Source: Mobula hypostoma (Eukaryota). Taken from it: DNA of 64,000 bases. Positions within the stretch are counted from its first letter, which is position 1. Each line of letters starts with the position of its first letter. Below, in pieces: positions 51,201 through 59,767 of the stretch. Under the pieces are notes generated by a model. It was not told where the DNA came from, searched no databases, and worked only from the letters and a program-made list of their open reading frames with translations. The position numbers and the translations under genes are program-made. Location of the stretch: the NCBI RefSeq assembly GCF_963921235.1, contig NC_086107.1, positions 100,318,001 to 100,382,000 on the forward strand, read 5' to 3'.

Positions 51201-54200
51201 GCTTAGCATGCAAAGGCCACCAATAGTGCGTAGTCACCCCTAACAGATGTTCCTCACTATTGAATCTGAAGAGAAATCACCAAGGGTTTTTTCATGACAT
51301 ACAACTGAATAATAATCACACTAATCAGTCTGTAATAGGAAAGAACAAGAAAAGATCAACTCAGTCAGATACTATCCAAATATCCCTGTCTGAAAAGGGC
51401 AGATAGGATTAAGTTCAGCTATAATAAATTTCATGGCCAAACGATTCAGGAAATAGGACTGGCAAAGTTCAGGATGGTTTAATCAACATTTATTTTCTAA
51501 TTTAGACATTGTGATTAAATTTTACTCACTTTCTCCCCACTCAAGTAATCTCACCTTAATCATGCCCGTTTATTGTGCTGCAGCTATTTCTTTGCAGATG
51601 CTGTCTGACATCATTGCCACAGGGGGTTAAAACTCCAAAAAAAAAAGCAATAATTTCAATTTTATCGCAGCATTACTTACAGACACTTCACTGATCGAAT
51701 TCATAGAACGCAGGGTCTTAAGATCGTGAATGCGTTTTTCAAGTTGGGCGGATATTCCTGATGGCAACTGGGGCACCTGCTTTTGGCTCTGGGTGGGCAG
51801 GTTGCAGCTCGAGGACACAGCAGTGTTGCTGCTTTCCTCAGGTTCAGAGGCCGGGCTTCCACTGGGTGTTTCTGCCAGCAGCTTATCTATGTCCAAATCC
51901 CCAAGCAACTCCATGGCATTGGCAGCTTCCTGAAGTAAGTCGTTCTCATTGGAATTTCCTAGAATCGAAAAGACTTGATCGGAGGCAGCTAGGTTATACT
52001 CGGAAATGCTAGGATTCTTTGTGGACTGATCGGTCAGCTGAAAGGCAGGCGGTTGCTTCACGTTGGTCTCCTGCTTCTTCATGGCTTCTTTCTCCTTTTG
52101 GAACTTTTTGAGCATTGCAGCCAGCGAAAGTGTGTCATTATGATTCCTCCGCTTCTTTTTCTGGTGCTTGACTGCATTAAGGGCCACCACTCTGAAGGAT
52201 AATCGAAAACAGCGGTGTCAAAGTTACAATAGTGCATAATACTCCATATTCAAATAATGTTCAATTTCTACCACAGGAACATGAGAATTTGAATTCAATT
52301 TTTTAAAAAACTGAAAATAAAAGGCTAATATCAATCACAGCCCCTGCAGTTTGCTTCATCATCCATTGCCGTAGTCAATTGTTTTGTTATTCCTCTCCAT
52401 GCCTTGTGCTGCATCGGGCAGCAACCTTGCTGTTTCTTTGGCATCTTTGTCTCTCTTTTTTTTAAAATGAAGGCAAGTTGCTAGCTCGACATTCAACCCA
52501 GCACAGATGGAAAGTGTGCGAAGACCCAGCCGGACTTGAACCCAGAACCACTTGCCTGGAAGTCCGGTGCTGATGCCACTATGCCACCAGCCAGCAGCCA
52601 CAGATGACAATGAACACCAATTTCAGTTTCTCATCTCATGCCCAGAGCTGACACAACACATTTACTGTTGGAGGGCTGGAAGCATAGAAGGATCTCAACT
52701 TGTGAATTTTCAATTTTCTGAGCAAAGTAAAGGTCCCAGATGGGTAAAGACTGCAACACACCATCCATCCACTTTAACTTCAATAACTATCTCATTTTCA
52801 TAAATGTTCTTAAATTTGCTTCACTAATGGTTTTTTTGAGTAACTCTTGTTCCAATCTATTTTTGGGTCTCAATTTCTCATGAAGTGCAGTAATAACTTT
52901 GTGGTAACTTTCGTCACCCTCCAAGAGAACCACAACCTTGTCATGGTTTGGAGGCTTGTGTGCTTCAATGACCCAGAGAACTACATTGGCTGGAGCCAGG
53001 GCTTTATGCTTGGCTCATGGTAGGGTCACCCTTGTCAAATAGGTCAAAGGGTAGAGGCCAGACTAAGGGTGGTCCACCTGTCTTCCAGGTTTGGGGGGGG
53101 GGGGTTCATCTCAGGGCTAACAACCCTGACTGGTCAAACAAAACGGTTACAGAAACAGCAATCTGAGTCTGAAGGTATTCCTGCGTCTTCACCTGGGACT
53201 TGCATGACTGACAGTAGTGAAAAACTCAGAGTAGGCTAATGACACGATGCAGGAAACCCTGAACAGCGCCAGAGGTGAAGGACATTCATTGCTGCCCTAA
53301 ACGCCAGCGGCATAACGGACAGTAAGTAAGTAAACAACTTTCATTGGCAACATATTATACTTGATGCAGTCTCAGCAATTCAACATCGCCGACTCACCCA
53401 GACTCCTTGGGGACTTTCAGCTTCCTTGGCTTCTTCTCTTTCATCCCCCCTTCATCCTTCCTTCTTTGTTTTTTCACCACCCTGTCTTCACCATCTCTTA
53501 ATTTTTGTTTCTTAAAAAAAACACACACACAACAATTTTTCTGCTTATTATGAAGTACTTAAGAGTATGAGAGTTTGAGAACAAGCAAGCACATCCTTTC
53601 CAGGTTCTGTGCAGAACATGAAGATGGGAAGTTCATCAACATGTCATTCAAAGACTTCTACAAAAAAAGAAAAATTGTATCAACTTCTCAGGACTTTAAC
53701 TGGAAATATAACCTATGGAATAGAAAGCTTAACAACGAAGTGCAGATTAAAGATTTACACTTGGATGAATGAAAGGAAAGTTTGAAGACAACCTTGCTAC
53801 TTGGAGGCGTTAGAATTTGGAATGTTTTACAAATAAACAGCTACTTGGGTTGTGATTAGACCACTTCAAAGGGAATGATAAAGTATCTGAAAGATATAAA
53901 AAGGTTGGGTTAAAGTAAGAAAACAGGACTGGAACAAACAGTTGCAGCTGGTGTTCATACTAGATGGAAAATAATTCAAACTGCTGACTGTTTACTCTTT
54001 TCCATAGATGCTGCCTAGCCTGCTGAATTCCTCCAGCAGGGTTGCTTTAGATTTCCAGCATCTGTACATTTTCTCATGTTTGTGATCATAGTACTTGTGC
54101 CCAGCAGCTAAATCAAGTGAACATTATTGTAGGCCAGGCGTACAACAAATGTGCAATGGACCACATTATAGGCCCGTGCTCCACGCCTGCAAACCTGCCC

Positions 54201-57200
54201 TTAAAGGACAAGGACACTGTAAACATCAACATGCAGCAACTAATCTGACTGCAACAAAGGGTCATCGAAAAGAGAGAAAGCTCACCCTCACTAATGCGCT
54301 GAGTATTTGGGGGTGGGTGGTAGGGTAGAGGTAGATGGTAGCAAAATAAAAAAAAATTCAGAACTAAAATGAGAAATATCACAGAACTAAAATCAAACCA
54401 TTACTTACTTTAGGTGATTTCAATCTTTTCTTCCCCGCCACATCTTCATCTTCAGTGTCCGATGTCTGGCGGAATTGCAGTGTTCCCGTATTTATGTAAA
54501 ATCCTCCATATTTCGTTGTCAGTGAGGCTGGAACCAATTCATCATACTGAAAAATAAATTCAGGTCTCAGCTGGAGTTTCTGATGGCTCCAGCGCTGTGA
54601 GCTGGAATTTTCAGTCTCAGTTAAGTAGGCAAGTGTACTCTGCTGAAATGACTGCAGCTGCCCAGCCTACATTACTGTCGGCTTGGCAACACCAGTGCTT
54701 ATTCTGAACCCGCCTCTTGGTACTTGACTGCACAAGCTGGAGGTTACATGTGCAGTTCAGCAACTGACAAATTGCTCCGTTGTATCACGGGTGGTGAAGG
54801 CAGCGGCTGTTTAAATCAAAATATTCCTTTGGCCTCTTGACTTGTGACTTGTTGACGTAGGAGAGGATATGGAAATATTTTGGAGTCTGGGGGGCGTGGT
54901 TAAGAAGGTAACTCATTCATTGCACTTGGTCTTGTAAACTCAGTATTTATGTAGATTTATTGTTATTTCTCAATGGTGTCAACCCTCCCCAATGTTGACA
55001 ATGGGGGCATTTAGCAATGAAAATGCTGTTGAATATAAAGTAAGGGTGGTAAGATCACCTCCTGGTGGTTTTGGTCACTGGATAGCATGAATATAAGTTA
55101 CCACATCTCTGTAGACTTAGACTTCTACTGCATGCTGAATACCTTTGCCTAGGCATACAAGGCCCTGGGTCTTGTCTTGAATACAAGATCCACCCAGCCA
55201 TTTATCCAGCTGTCCACAACAGTTGATGATATCGGCCTTGAAAATGTAGACCACTTTCCCTACCTTGGCAGCATTCTCTGCTTAAAAGCAGCCATTGACC
55301 CACAGCTCAATCACCATGCCTCCTCATGCTATTATTGCTGAAGTTATCATCAAAAAGGAAACATTCTCCATTCAAACATCCGTTTTGACCATGGCAAATG
55401 AAGTTTTGAGCTGAATGATCTTGGTAGGATCAAGATTTAGTTTCAGTGAATTAAGTCCTGTTTGTTACCGCTGGTGACTGCGCACCCATCACTTCATTAA
55501 TAAACGAAAGTAACCATCTTGGCAACTTCACGCTTTTTCCTGTGCCAGTTTGTTTTTCACTGAACTGGAGACACAACCTACAACACTATATGTCAAGATG
55601 CAGTTAATCCAGAGCCTTTCCTATGTCCAGTTCAATCAATCCTTCCTTACTCTCACATGAAAGAAACCCGGGGTTTACCCTCGGTCAATGGTAGGTGACC
55701 TTGGCATAAAAAAGATTGGGAACCCCTGAAGTAAACAAAACTCTCCAATGTAGCAAACTGTCAGTAGTTCAGTCAGAACCACATTTATTGCAGGCGATAC
55801 TCAAGTTAAAGTTCAAAGTTCGAAGTAAATTTATTATCAAAGTACATATATGTCACCATATACAGCGCTAGGTTTGTTTTCTTGCAGTAAGTCCAAGAGA
55901 CATAATAGAATCAGTGAAAGACCGCACCCAACACGGTAGGCAAACAACCAATGAAAGACAACAAGTTACAAATACAAAAGACAGAAAAAATACTAATAAT
56001 AAATAAATAAGCCTTAAGTATCAAGAACCTGAGATGAAGAGTCCTTGAAAGTGAGTCTATAGGTTGTTGTGGATGATAGTCATTGAGCAGGTTACAAAGT
56101 TCTCCTTGTGCACCGGTATGACTGAGGCCTGCTTGAAGCAGGTGGGTAACTCAGACTGCCAAAAGAAGAGGTTAAAGATATGGCTGAGCTCTCCAGCCGC
56201 TGATCGGCACCGGGTCTTCAGTACCCAGCCAGGTACCTCTACTGGGCTGGATACATTCCCTGGGTTCACCCTCCCGAAGGATGCTCTCGTGTCGACCATA
56301 AAGACTGAAATCACAGGGTCACTGGCATCTGTGGGAATTCATGAAGGTTCCCCCATGTTTTGACAGTCAAAGTGAGCATAGAAGGCATTGAGCTCATCTG
56401 GAAGCAAAGGCCTGTTGTCACCTATGTTGCTTGATTTCAGTTTGTAAGAGGTGATAGCATTCAAGCTCTGACACAGCTGTCGAACGCCCTTTATTGTTTC
56501 AAATTTAGTCCGGAAAAACACCCAACTTATGGACACCCCTACATATGAACCCAAAATATTATTAAAATCTAAAGGCTAACAAAGTACAAATGCTCATTTG
56601 TAGGAACAGCAAAATGCTCTCTCTACACTTTTAGTAATTGTTCTTTCTTATCAGTCTGGTATGCTTTTGATGCCATTGGTTACAATACTGTGGAGATGAG
56701 GTTACTACATTGTAATTTTTGTGCATTTTCCAACTTGTGGATAAAATTGACTTTTGGAAGTCTACAAGAATGGAGCCCGTTCATTACTCAAAGTCAGCCT
56801 GTTCAATTTGCTCTGCTACTGATCAGTCTTGTGAGGACCCACACAAATATGAACTAAATAAACAGGTACTCCATTATTGCCATGGATTCATACTCACTGC
56901 TTCGGAGTTGTCAATAAATGGATCAGTGTCATCATAGCCGTATCCCATGTCAATTAAATCCTGCATGCGGTCTTTCCGTCGCTTGTGGTTCTTCTGACCC
57001 TGGAATTCAGGTTAGTTGATTAATTTGCTTGACATCAATTAAGGAGTTAAAAGAGAAAACATGCAAGATTACAGTAAGTCAGTCAATATCCTTCTGCTTT
57101 TTTTGTCTCCCAGTGCAGGGTAGGTGGTTAAACTCCGGTCAGTGGGGTAGACGTTTAGGTATTTCCCTAGGCAGTGATTTGTCATCATCTGAGTGTCTTT

Positions 57201-58520
57201 TCATTTATTTCCCCTTTGTCTGGGTTTATTCAGACAAAATTGCAGAGGTACCTCCTGTAGGAATGGTGAACCCATAGAATCCTTTTCGAGGGCAAGCTAC
57301 ATTTTGCACAGAGGTGGTGACTTCACTTGCCCCATCGTTGAAATGTTCCCACAACCTGGGACTCACTTTCAAGGACTCATGTTCTTAATAATTAGTACTT
57401 ACTTATCACTACTCTCTTTTTGAATTTGCACAGTTTGTTGAGTTTTGCACACTGGTTGAATGCCCGAGTGGGTGCGGTTTTTCATTGACCCTATTATGGT
57501 TATTATTCTGTTATAAATTTATTGAGTATGCTGGCAAGAAAATGAAAGACATATATGTAGTTTGACAATAAATATACTTTGAACTTTGACGGAATCAGAT
57601 GCAATCACTAAGTTGAAGAGACATTTAATCGGGCACTTCAATAGACAAAGCACTGAAGCAGGGGGTCCCAACCTTTCTTATGCCATGGACCGCTACCATG
57701 AACCAAGGGGGTCCGTGGACCCCAGGTCGGGAACAAGAATGAGGACTCCATGCAGGTAAATGGGATTATATGAATGGTCAAAAAGGTCAGCATAGACATG
57801 GCAAGCTGAAGGGCCTGTCTCTGTGTTACCATCCATACACTTGGTGGCCAAGAATTTCCCAAATCAACGCTTGACACCAGTTCTATTTCAGAACATACCC
57901 AGAAGCTGTCTGTGAGGATTCATTTTTACAAGTCAGTAACAGAGTGAGAAAAGGCCAATGAAACTATCAAGGTACCGAGATAGCATTTTGTTTGGCAAGA
58001 AACACACCTTCAGAAGGGTTAAGTTTTGCTGCATCCTATCCAGTAGTTCTACATTTTTTCAAATATGGTGTTCTACAGGCATCAAATAAAACCACACTGT
58101 TCCACAAATATACAGCTCACTTATTCCATGTCAAGCTGAGGCCTTGTTTTAAATGAAGGCAAAAGTCGACAACTATCCATCAATGAGCAACAGACTATCT
58201 TGTCACAGGGACATGCTCTCTGTACCTCGGCTACCATGTTTCCTGCATCACAATAGAGCTGCATTTCAAAGTACTTCATGAATTGCAAAGTGCTTTGAGA
58301 ATATCCTGGGGATGCTAAATATGGATGTTTATTTGCATAAAGGGAGAAGTGTTGTTTCTCCTCAGAGTTAGCTGTTATACCACCTGCACAGAATCTCCAC
58401 CTCACACCCTTTTGTGTGTACACTTACATATTTCTCCTCAAGTTTCTTTGCTATTGCTTCCACTTCTTTCCTTTCTTTCTCTTCATCATTAAAAGGATCA
58501 TCAGGATTGGAAGAATTTCT
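4007..58520 (-). CDS. UBN1/UBN2: Ubinuclein (HIRA complex subunit; ubinuclein-2-like overall, possibly the UBN1 orthologue). Partial, 14 coding exons: 58428-58520, 56898-56999, 54409-54546, 53398-53510, 51681-52191, 49923-49993, 47565-47694, 31751-31869, 28498-28611, 13496-13639, 9517-9567, 9110-9152, 5444-7036, 4007-4265
   Basis: The spliced translation has the HUN/HRD domain ([46 protein letters not shown]), the UBN middle domain (KKFFTPDIN...[17 protein letters not shown]...[14 protein letters not shown]) and a Ser/Pro-rich C-terminus. All junctions are GT-AG and exon phases chain without a frameshift. Confidence 0.95.
4565..4985 (-). mobile_element. Penelope-like element 3' fragment with degenerate hammerhead motif
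   Basis: Similar to the 3' end of the element at 21387-22720, including the end of its ORF. Confidence 0.8.
5010..5270 (+). mobile_element. Degraded non-autonomous RTE-like element
   Basis: ggggctagcaaccccatccagtaaaaac RTE 5'-type motif joined to an RTE-like 3' end. Confidence 0.45.
5444..7036 (-). CDS. UBN1/UBN2: Ubinuclein large Ser/Pro/Thr-rich exon (1593 nt, 0/0): DLSPKKEQK...LDDSLDEDL...[11 protein letters not shown]
   Basis: Contains most of ORF 5399..6970; acceptor cccatttaaatag, donor gtaatg; [15 protein letters not shown] and GFK.PF.MA motifs. Confidence 0.92.
6518..6709 (-). repeat. Coding ~21-bp tandem repeat, about 9 SPKxxxx heptads
   Basis: [64 protein letters not shown]. Confidence 0.9.
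7162..7518 (-). mobile_element. Penelope-like element 3' fragment
   Basis: Same terminal sequence (acacacaagatgctggaggaactcagcaggcc) and ORF end IDFSNF. Confidence 0.8.
7530..8290 (+). mobile_element. Two Rex1/Babar-type LINE 3' fragments
   Basis: [20 protein letters not shown]-terminal motif twice; tail ending aataaacctaattctgat. Confidence 0.7.
8315..8550. repeat. 118-bp tandem duplication (2 copies, 1 mismatch)
   Basis: 8315-8432 repeated at 8433-8550. Confidence 0.93.
8630..8872 (+). mobile_element. V-SINE/HE1-like SINE
   Basis: B-box-like gagttcaattcc, V-domain, (taaa)n tail. Confidence 0.7.
9110..9152 (-). CDS. UBN1/UBN2: Ubinuclein exon (43 nt, 2/0): [14 protein letters not shown]
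   Basis: Acceptor tttcctttcttag, donor gtaaat. Confidence 0.92.
9517..9567 (-). CDS. UBN1/UBN2: Ubinuclein exon (51 nt, 2/2): [16 protein letters not shown](P)
   Basis: Acceptor ttttgttgcag, donor gtgagt. Confidence 0.92.
9749..11040 (-). mobile_element. Tc1/mariner DNA transposon, decayed transposase, one TIR retained
   Basis: TA then cagttgcaagaaaaagtttgtga TIR; ORF fragments 10523..10771 and 10081..10266 (QQDND motif). Confidence 0.88.
12075..12965 (-). mobile_element. CR1 LINE 3' portion, degraded
   Basis: FADDT region through [11 protein letters not shown]; ORFs 12264..12452 and 12584..12772. Confidence 0.8.
13496..13639 (-). CDS. UBN1/UBN2: Ubinuclein exon (144 nt, 2/2): [47 protein letters not shown](R)
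   Basis: Acceptor cttcatcag, donor gtaaga; EVKP.WPKGWMQ motif. Confidence 0.95.
13830..14870. mobile_element. CR1 fragments: + strand 3' end at 13830-13985; - strand RT at 13990-14870
   Basis: ORF 14203..14403 [25 protein letters not shown]1 3' stem-loop tail. Confidence 0.75.
15300..16032 (+). mobile_element. Rex1/Babar-type LINE 3' portion
   Basis: [18 protein letters not shown] motif; tail aataaatttactttgaact. Confidence 0.75.
17140..18450 (+). mobile_element. Degraded CR1 LINE
   Basis: ORF 17429..17731 [22 protein letters not shown]...VDVVYMD. Confidence 0.82.
20099..20510. mobile_element. Non-autonomous Tc1-type element (TA TSD), copy 1
   Basis: TIR cagtactgtgcaaaagtctgaggcacatatatata...tagctagg and its inverse; TA at 20097 and 20511. 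Confidence 0.85.
20770..21286 (+). mobile_element. RTE-clade LINE 3' end with (GAT)n tail and 10-bp TSD agaaatttaa
   Basis: [18 protein letters not shown]...[15 protein letters not shown]; (GAT)n at ~21232-21286; TSD at 20760-20769 and 21287-21296. Confidence 0.85.
21387..22720 (-). mobile_element. Penelope-like retroelement (Neptune-type), 5'-truncated: RT C-terminus, Cys-rich linker, GIY-YIG endonuclease, 3' hammerhead
   Basis: ORF 21814..22584 ends [12 protein letters not shown]...[30 protein letters not shown]; flanked by aggat(t/a)agaatggatgggt at 21368-21386 and 22722-22740. Confidence 0.93.
21485..21520 (-). ncRNA. Minimal type I hammerhead ribozyme motif (PLE-associated)
   Basis: Minus strand: aguc CUGACGA A GGG ucucgg CCU GAAA cg UC^ gacu. 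Core intact, stem I aguc/gacu, palindromic ACGU stem III. Confidence 0.8.
23615..23650 (-). ncRNA. Minimal type I hammerhead ribozyme motif (PLE-associated)
   Basis: Minus strand: aguc CUGACGA A GGG ucucgg CCC GAAA cg UC^ gacu; perfect stem II. Confidence 0.82.
24503..27290 (-). mobile_element. Relatively young CR1 LINE (EN + RT, few disablements) nested in Penelope
   Basis: ORFs 26858..27223, 25672..26823 and 24595..25656 (KFADDTK, RPHLEYC); tail cttatggtcttac. Confidence 0.93.
28498..28611 (-). CDS. UBN1/UBN2: Ubinuclein exon (114 nt, 2/2): [37 protein letters not shown](R)
   Basis: Acceptor tttttcctcag, donor gtaaga; GPRKKF.W motif. Confidence 0.94.
28817..29355. mobile_element. Non-autonomous Tc1-type element (TA TSD), copy 2, longer
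   Basis: Same TIRs and interior as 20099-20510; TA at 28815 and 29356. Confidence 0.85.
29920..30703 (+). mobile_element. Nested Rex1/Babar-type LINE 3' fragments
   Basis: [31 protein letters not shown]; tails ending actttgaacttt. Confidence 0.7.
31751..31869 (-). CDS. UBN1/UBN2: Ubinuclein exon (119 nt, 0/2): [39 protein letters not shown](K)
   Basis: Acceptor cctttgcag, donor gtatgt; UBN middle domain. Confidence 0.94.
32205..32780 (+). mobile_element. Rex1/Babar-type LINE 3' end
   Basis: ORF 32328..32651 [30 protein letters not shown]; (taaagta) tail. Confidence 0.8.
33107..33142 (-). ncRNA. Minimal hammerhead ribozyme motif (left arm)
   Basis: Minus strand: agucCUGACGAAGGGucucggCCUGAAAcgUC^gacu. 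Confidence 0.75.
33162..33197 (+). ncRNA. Minimal hammerhead ribozyme motif (right arm)
   Basis: agtcCTGACGAAGGGtctcggCCCGAAAcgTC^gact; predicted cleavage after 33193. Confidence 0.78.
33882..34890 (-). mobile_element. Rex1/Babar-type LINE 3' half
   Basis: ORFs 34447..34872 ([13 protein letters not shown]) and 34040..34489 ([19 protein letters not shown]). Confidence 0.82.
36095..36770 (+). mobile_element. Rex1/Babar-type LINE 3' portion
   Basis: [23 protein letters not shown]...[16 protein letters not shown] in ORF 35978..36529. Confidence 0.85.
39501..42446 (-). mobile_element. Relatively young CR1 LINE, near-complete ORF2 with a few disablements
   Basis: ORFs 41961..42500 ([20 protein letters not shown]), 41022..41840, 40578..41015, 40368..40559 (KFADDTK), 39596..40231; (tttctatg)n tail. 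Confidence 0.93.
42593..45316 (+). mobile_element. 5'-truncated L1-clade LINE with uninterrupted RT to C-terminal ORF2, polyA and 16-bp TSD
   Basis: ORF 42621..44759 ([33 protein letters not shown]...H...C); AATAAA at 45293; TSD agaaaagcagggatta at 42577-42592 and 45317-45332. Confidence 0.95.
45478..45557. mobile_element. 80-bp hAT-type MITE with 8-bp TSD gtctaaag
   Basis: cagggg.tccca-type TIR; TSD at 45470-45477 and 45558-45565. Confidence 0.85.
45754..46221 (+). mobile_element. CR1 3' fragment, same subfamily as 39501-42446
   Basis: ORF 45757..46122 nearly identical to the C-terminus of 39596..40231; (tttctatg)n tail. Confidence 0.92.
46592..46667. mobile_element. hAT-type MITE, same family as 45478, reverse orientation
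   Basis: caggggttccca...tgggaacccctg TIRs. Confidence 0.8.
47565..47694 (-). CDS. UBN1/UBN2: Ubinuclein exon (130 nt, 2/0): [43 protein letters not shown]
   Basis: Acceptor tctgtgcag, donor gtatat; UBN middle domain. Confidence 0.94.
47775..47906. mobile_element. Displaced outer part of a Tc1 TIR
   Basis: TA + cagttgcaactaaaagtttgtgaac... matching the TIRs at 48286 and 9749. Confidence 0.85.
48286..49535 (-). mobile_element. Tc1/mariner transposon (same family as 9749), decayed
   Basis: ORF 48848..49318 (paired-like HTH, GRPAKI) and 48505..48732 ([15 protein letters not shown]); full TIR at 48286, inner TIR only at ~49506-49535. Confidence 0.9.
49540..49768. mobile_element. Older fold-back Penelope-end element, hammerhead core mutated
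   Basis: Inverted arms; agtcCTGATGAagggtctcagcccAAAAcgtc (GAAA changed to AAAA). Confidence 0.8.
49923..49993 (-). CDS. UBN1/UBN2: Ubinuclein exon (71 nt, 0/2): [23 protein letters not shown](D)
   Basis: Acceptor tatcttttag, donor gtaagt; KKFFT.D.N.ILLD motif. Confidence 0.93.
50700..51045 (+). mobile_element. Degraded Penelope 3' fragment
   Basis: Pyrimidine-rich 3'UTR, degenerate tgatgaaggg...gaaacgtt, terminal gatgctacctgacctgctgagtt. Confidence 0.65.
51681..52191 (-). CDS. UBN1/UBN2: Ubinuclein exon (511 nt, 2/0): [15 protein letters not shown]...[16 protein letters not shown]...[29 protein letters not shown]
   Basis: Lies within ORF 51627..52190; acceptor atccttcag, donor gtaagt at 51680. 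Confidence 0.9.
52380..52595 (-). mobile_element. tRNA-derived SINE related to the 61325 SINE but with a different 3' tail
   Basis: A box tggcatagtgg, B box ggttcaagtcc, shared core ctttccatctgtg..gggttgaatgtcgag. Confidence 0.75.
52913..53335 (+). mobile_element. Bipartite non-autonomous RTE-type element (5'UTR + 3' end, (taag)n tail)
   Basis: RTE-like 5' accttgtcatggtttggaggcttgtgtg...ggtagggtcaccc; tail agtaagtaagtaa; possible TSD aactttc at 52906 and 53336. Confidence 0.65.
53398..53510 (-). CDS. UBN1/UBN2: Ubinuclein exon (113 nt, 0/2): Lys-rich NLS-like [38 protein letters not shown]
   Basis: Acceptor tttttttaag, donor gtgagt; phase matches the next exon. Confidence 0.9.
54409..54546 (-). 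CDS. UBN1/UBN2: Ubinuclein exon (138 nt, 0/0): [46 protein letters not shown]
   Basis: Acceptor ttatttttcag, donor gtaagt; GGFYIN.G.L.F HUN motif. Confidence 0.95.
55805..56500 (-). mobile_element. Rex1/Babar-type LINE fragments
   Basis: ORF 56057..56314 [24 protein letters not shown]; tail (tttgaac) type. Confidence 0.72.
56898..56999 (-). CDS. UBN1/UBN2: Ubinuclein exon (102 nt, 0/0): [34 protein letters not shown] (HUN domain start)
   Basis: Acceptor gaattccag, donor gtgagt; GYD.D.FIDNSE H3.3-binding motif. Confidence 0.95.
57658..57735. mobile_element. hAT-type MITE (45478 family)
   Basis: cagggggtcccaacctttcttatgccatggacc...caggtcgggaac. Confidence 0.72.
58428..58520 (-). CDS. UBN1/UBN2: Ubinuclein exon (93 nt, phase 0/0): [31 protein letters not shown]
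   Basis: Acceptor ttttggtttcaacag, donor gtaagt; conserved DPFNDE..ER..VE..AKK.E.KY motif. Confidence 0.93.
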
Positions 58521-59134
58521 CTGTTGAAACCAAAAAAAAGAGATTTGTTTGAGACGCAAGACAGATGAAACAACTGAAAGGGAAGTGTTATCCTGTGGCC
58601 TCACTTGTATACCTGCACTGGCTGGCCATCAGGAACCAAACTAAAGGACCACAGGAGATCCAGGGGTGGCACAGAGCCATAGCCAGTAGAGCCGCTGCCT
58701 CACAGCTCCAGCAAACCAGGTTCAATCTTGACCCTTTGTGCTGTCTGTGTGGAGTTTGCACGCACCCCTTGTGGCATCTGAGTTGCTTTAAAAAGTGCTG
58801 TTTGGCAAGTTAATTGATCGGATCCAGAGTAGCAATTATTACGTTCCCCCTTTACACTCGTGTTCTGAAAATGACATTAAACAGTCTTGAATCTTTACCC
58901 ACTGTAAACTGCCACCAGGATCTGGCAGTAATTTATGAAAATCTGTAAAGATTAAGATGGGTTAGGGTAGGATTAGTGCGAAAGTGGATGGTTGGCTGAA
59001 AGGTCTGTTTCTGTGCTTTGTCTCTCCAAAACTATGCTGATTTATCATTTCTAATATGGCGAACAATTGCAACAATTAGGCCAAGTAAGCATAAGGCAGG
59101 AAAGGAGAAGAATTCAACTATTATTTCCTGAATT

Positions 59135-59545
59135 TATTAGATTAGATTCAACTTTATTGTCATTGTGCCGACTACAGATACAAAGCCAATGAAATGCAGT
59201 TAGCATCTGACCAGAAATGCAAAGAAGTGTTATTTACAAAATAACTGCGAATAAAAAAAGTGCTACAGCACACAAATATAAAAGTACTGAGACAGTACAA
59301 TACGGATGCAATACTGCTTAGCGCTGTGATGTGAGGTTCAGCAGGGTCAGCGCCTCAGGGAAGAAGCTCTTCCTGTGCCTGCTGGTGTGGGAGCGGAGGC
59401 TCCTGTAGCGCCTACTGGATGGGAGGAGAGTAAGAAGTCCATGCTTAGGGTGAGATGCATCCCTGATGCTTTTCGCCCTGCCCAGGCAGCGATAATGGTA
59501 GGTGTTCTCAATGGTGGGCAATTGGGTGCCGATAATCCGCTGGGA
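59135..59545 (-). mobile_element. Rex1/Babar-type LINE 3' end
   Basis: ORF 59318..59521 DASHPKHGLLTLLPSSRRYRSLR..SFFPEA; (ttaga) tail. Confidence 0.8.
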
Positions 59546-59767
59546 TTATAAACACCTGGTTCTCCTCAATCATCCTGGGACAGGGCACAATTGACTCCAA
59601 AATACATAAGTTATTGGTCCATCTCAAAGGACCAAATGGTCTCTTCCTGTTGTTCTAGTGGGAATATTTCTATTTGGCACCAACCATGCAACACACAGTG
59701 CCATTCTTACACTGGACTAAGTGATTAGAATATCTTGAATTCCCAACAACAGAAATCCATTCCAATC

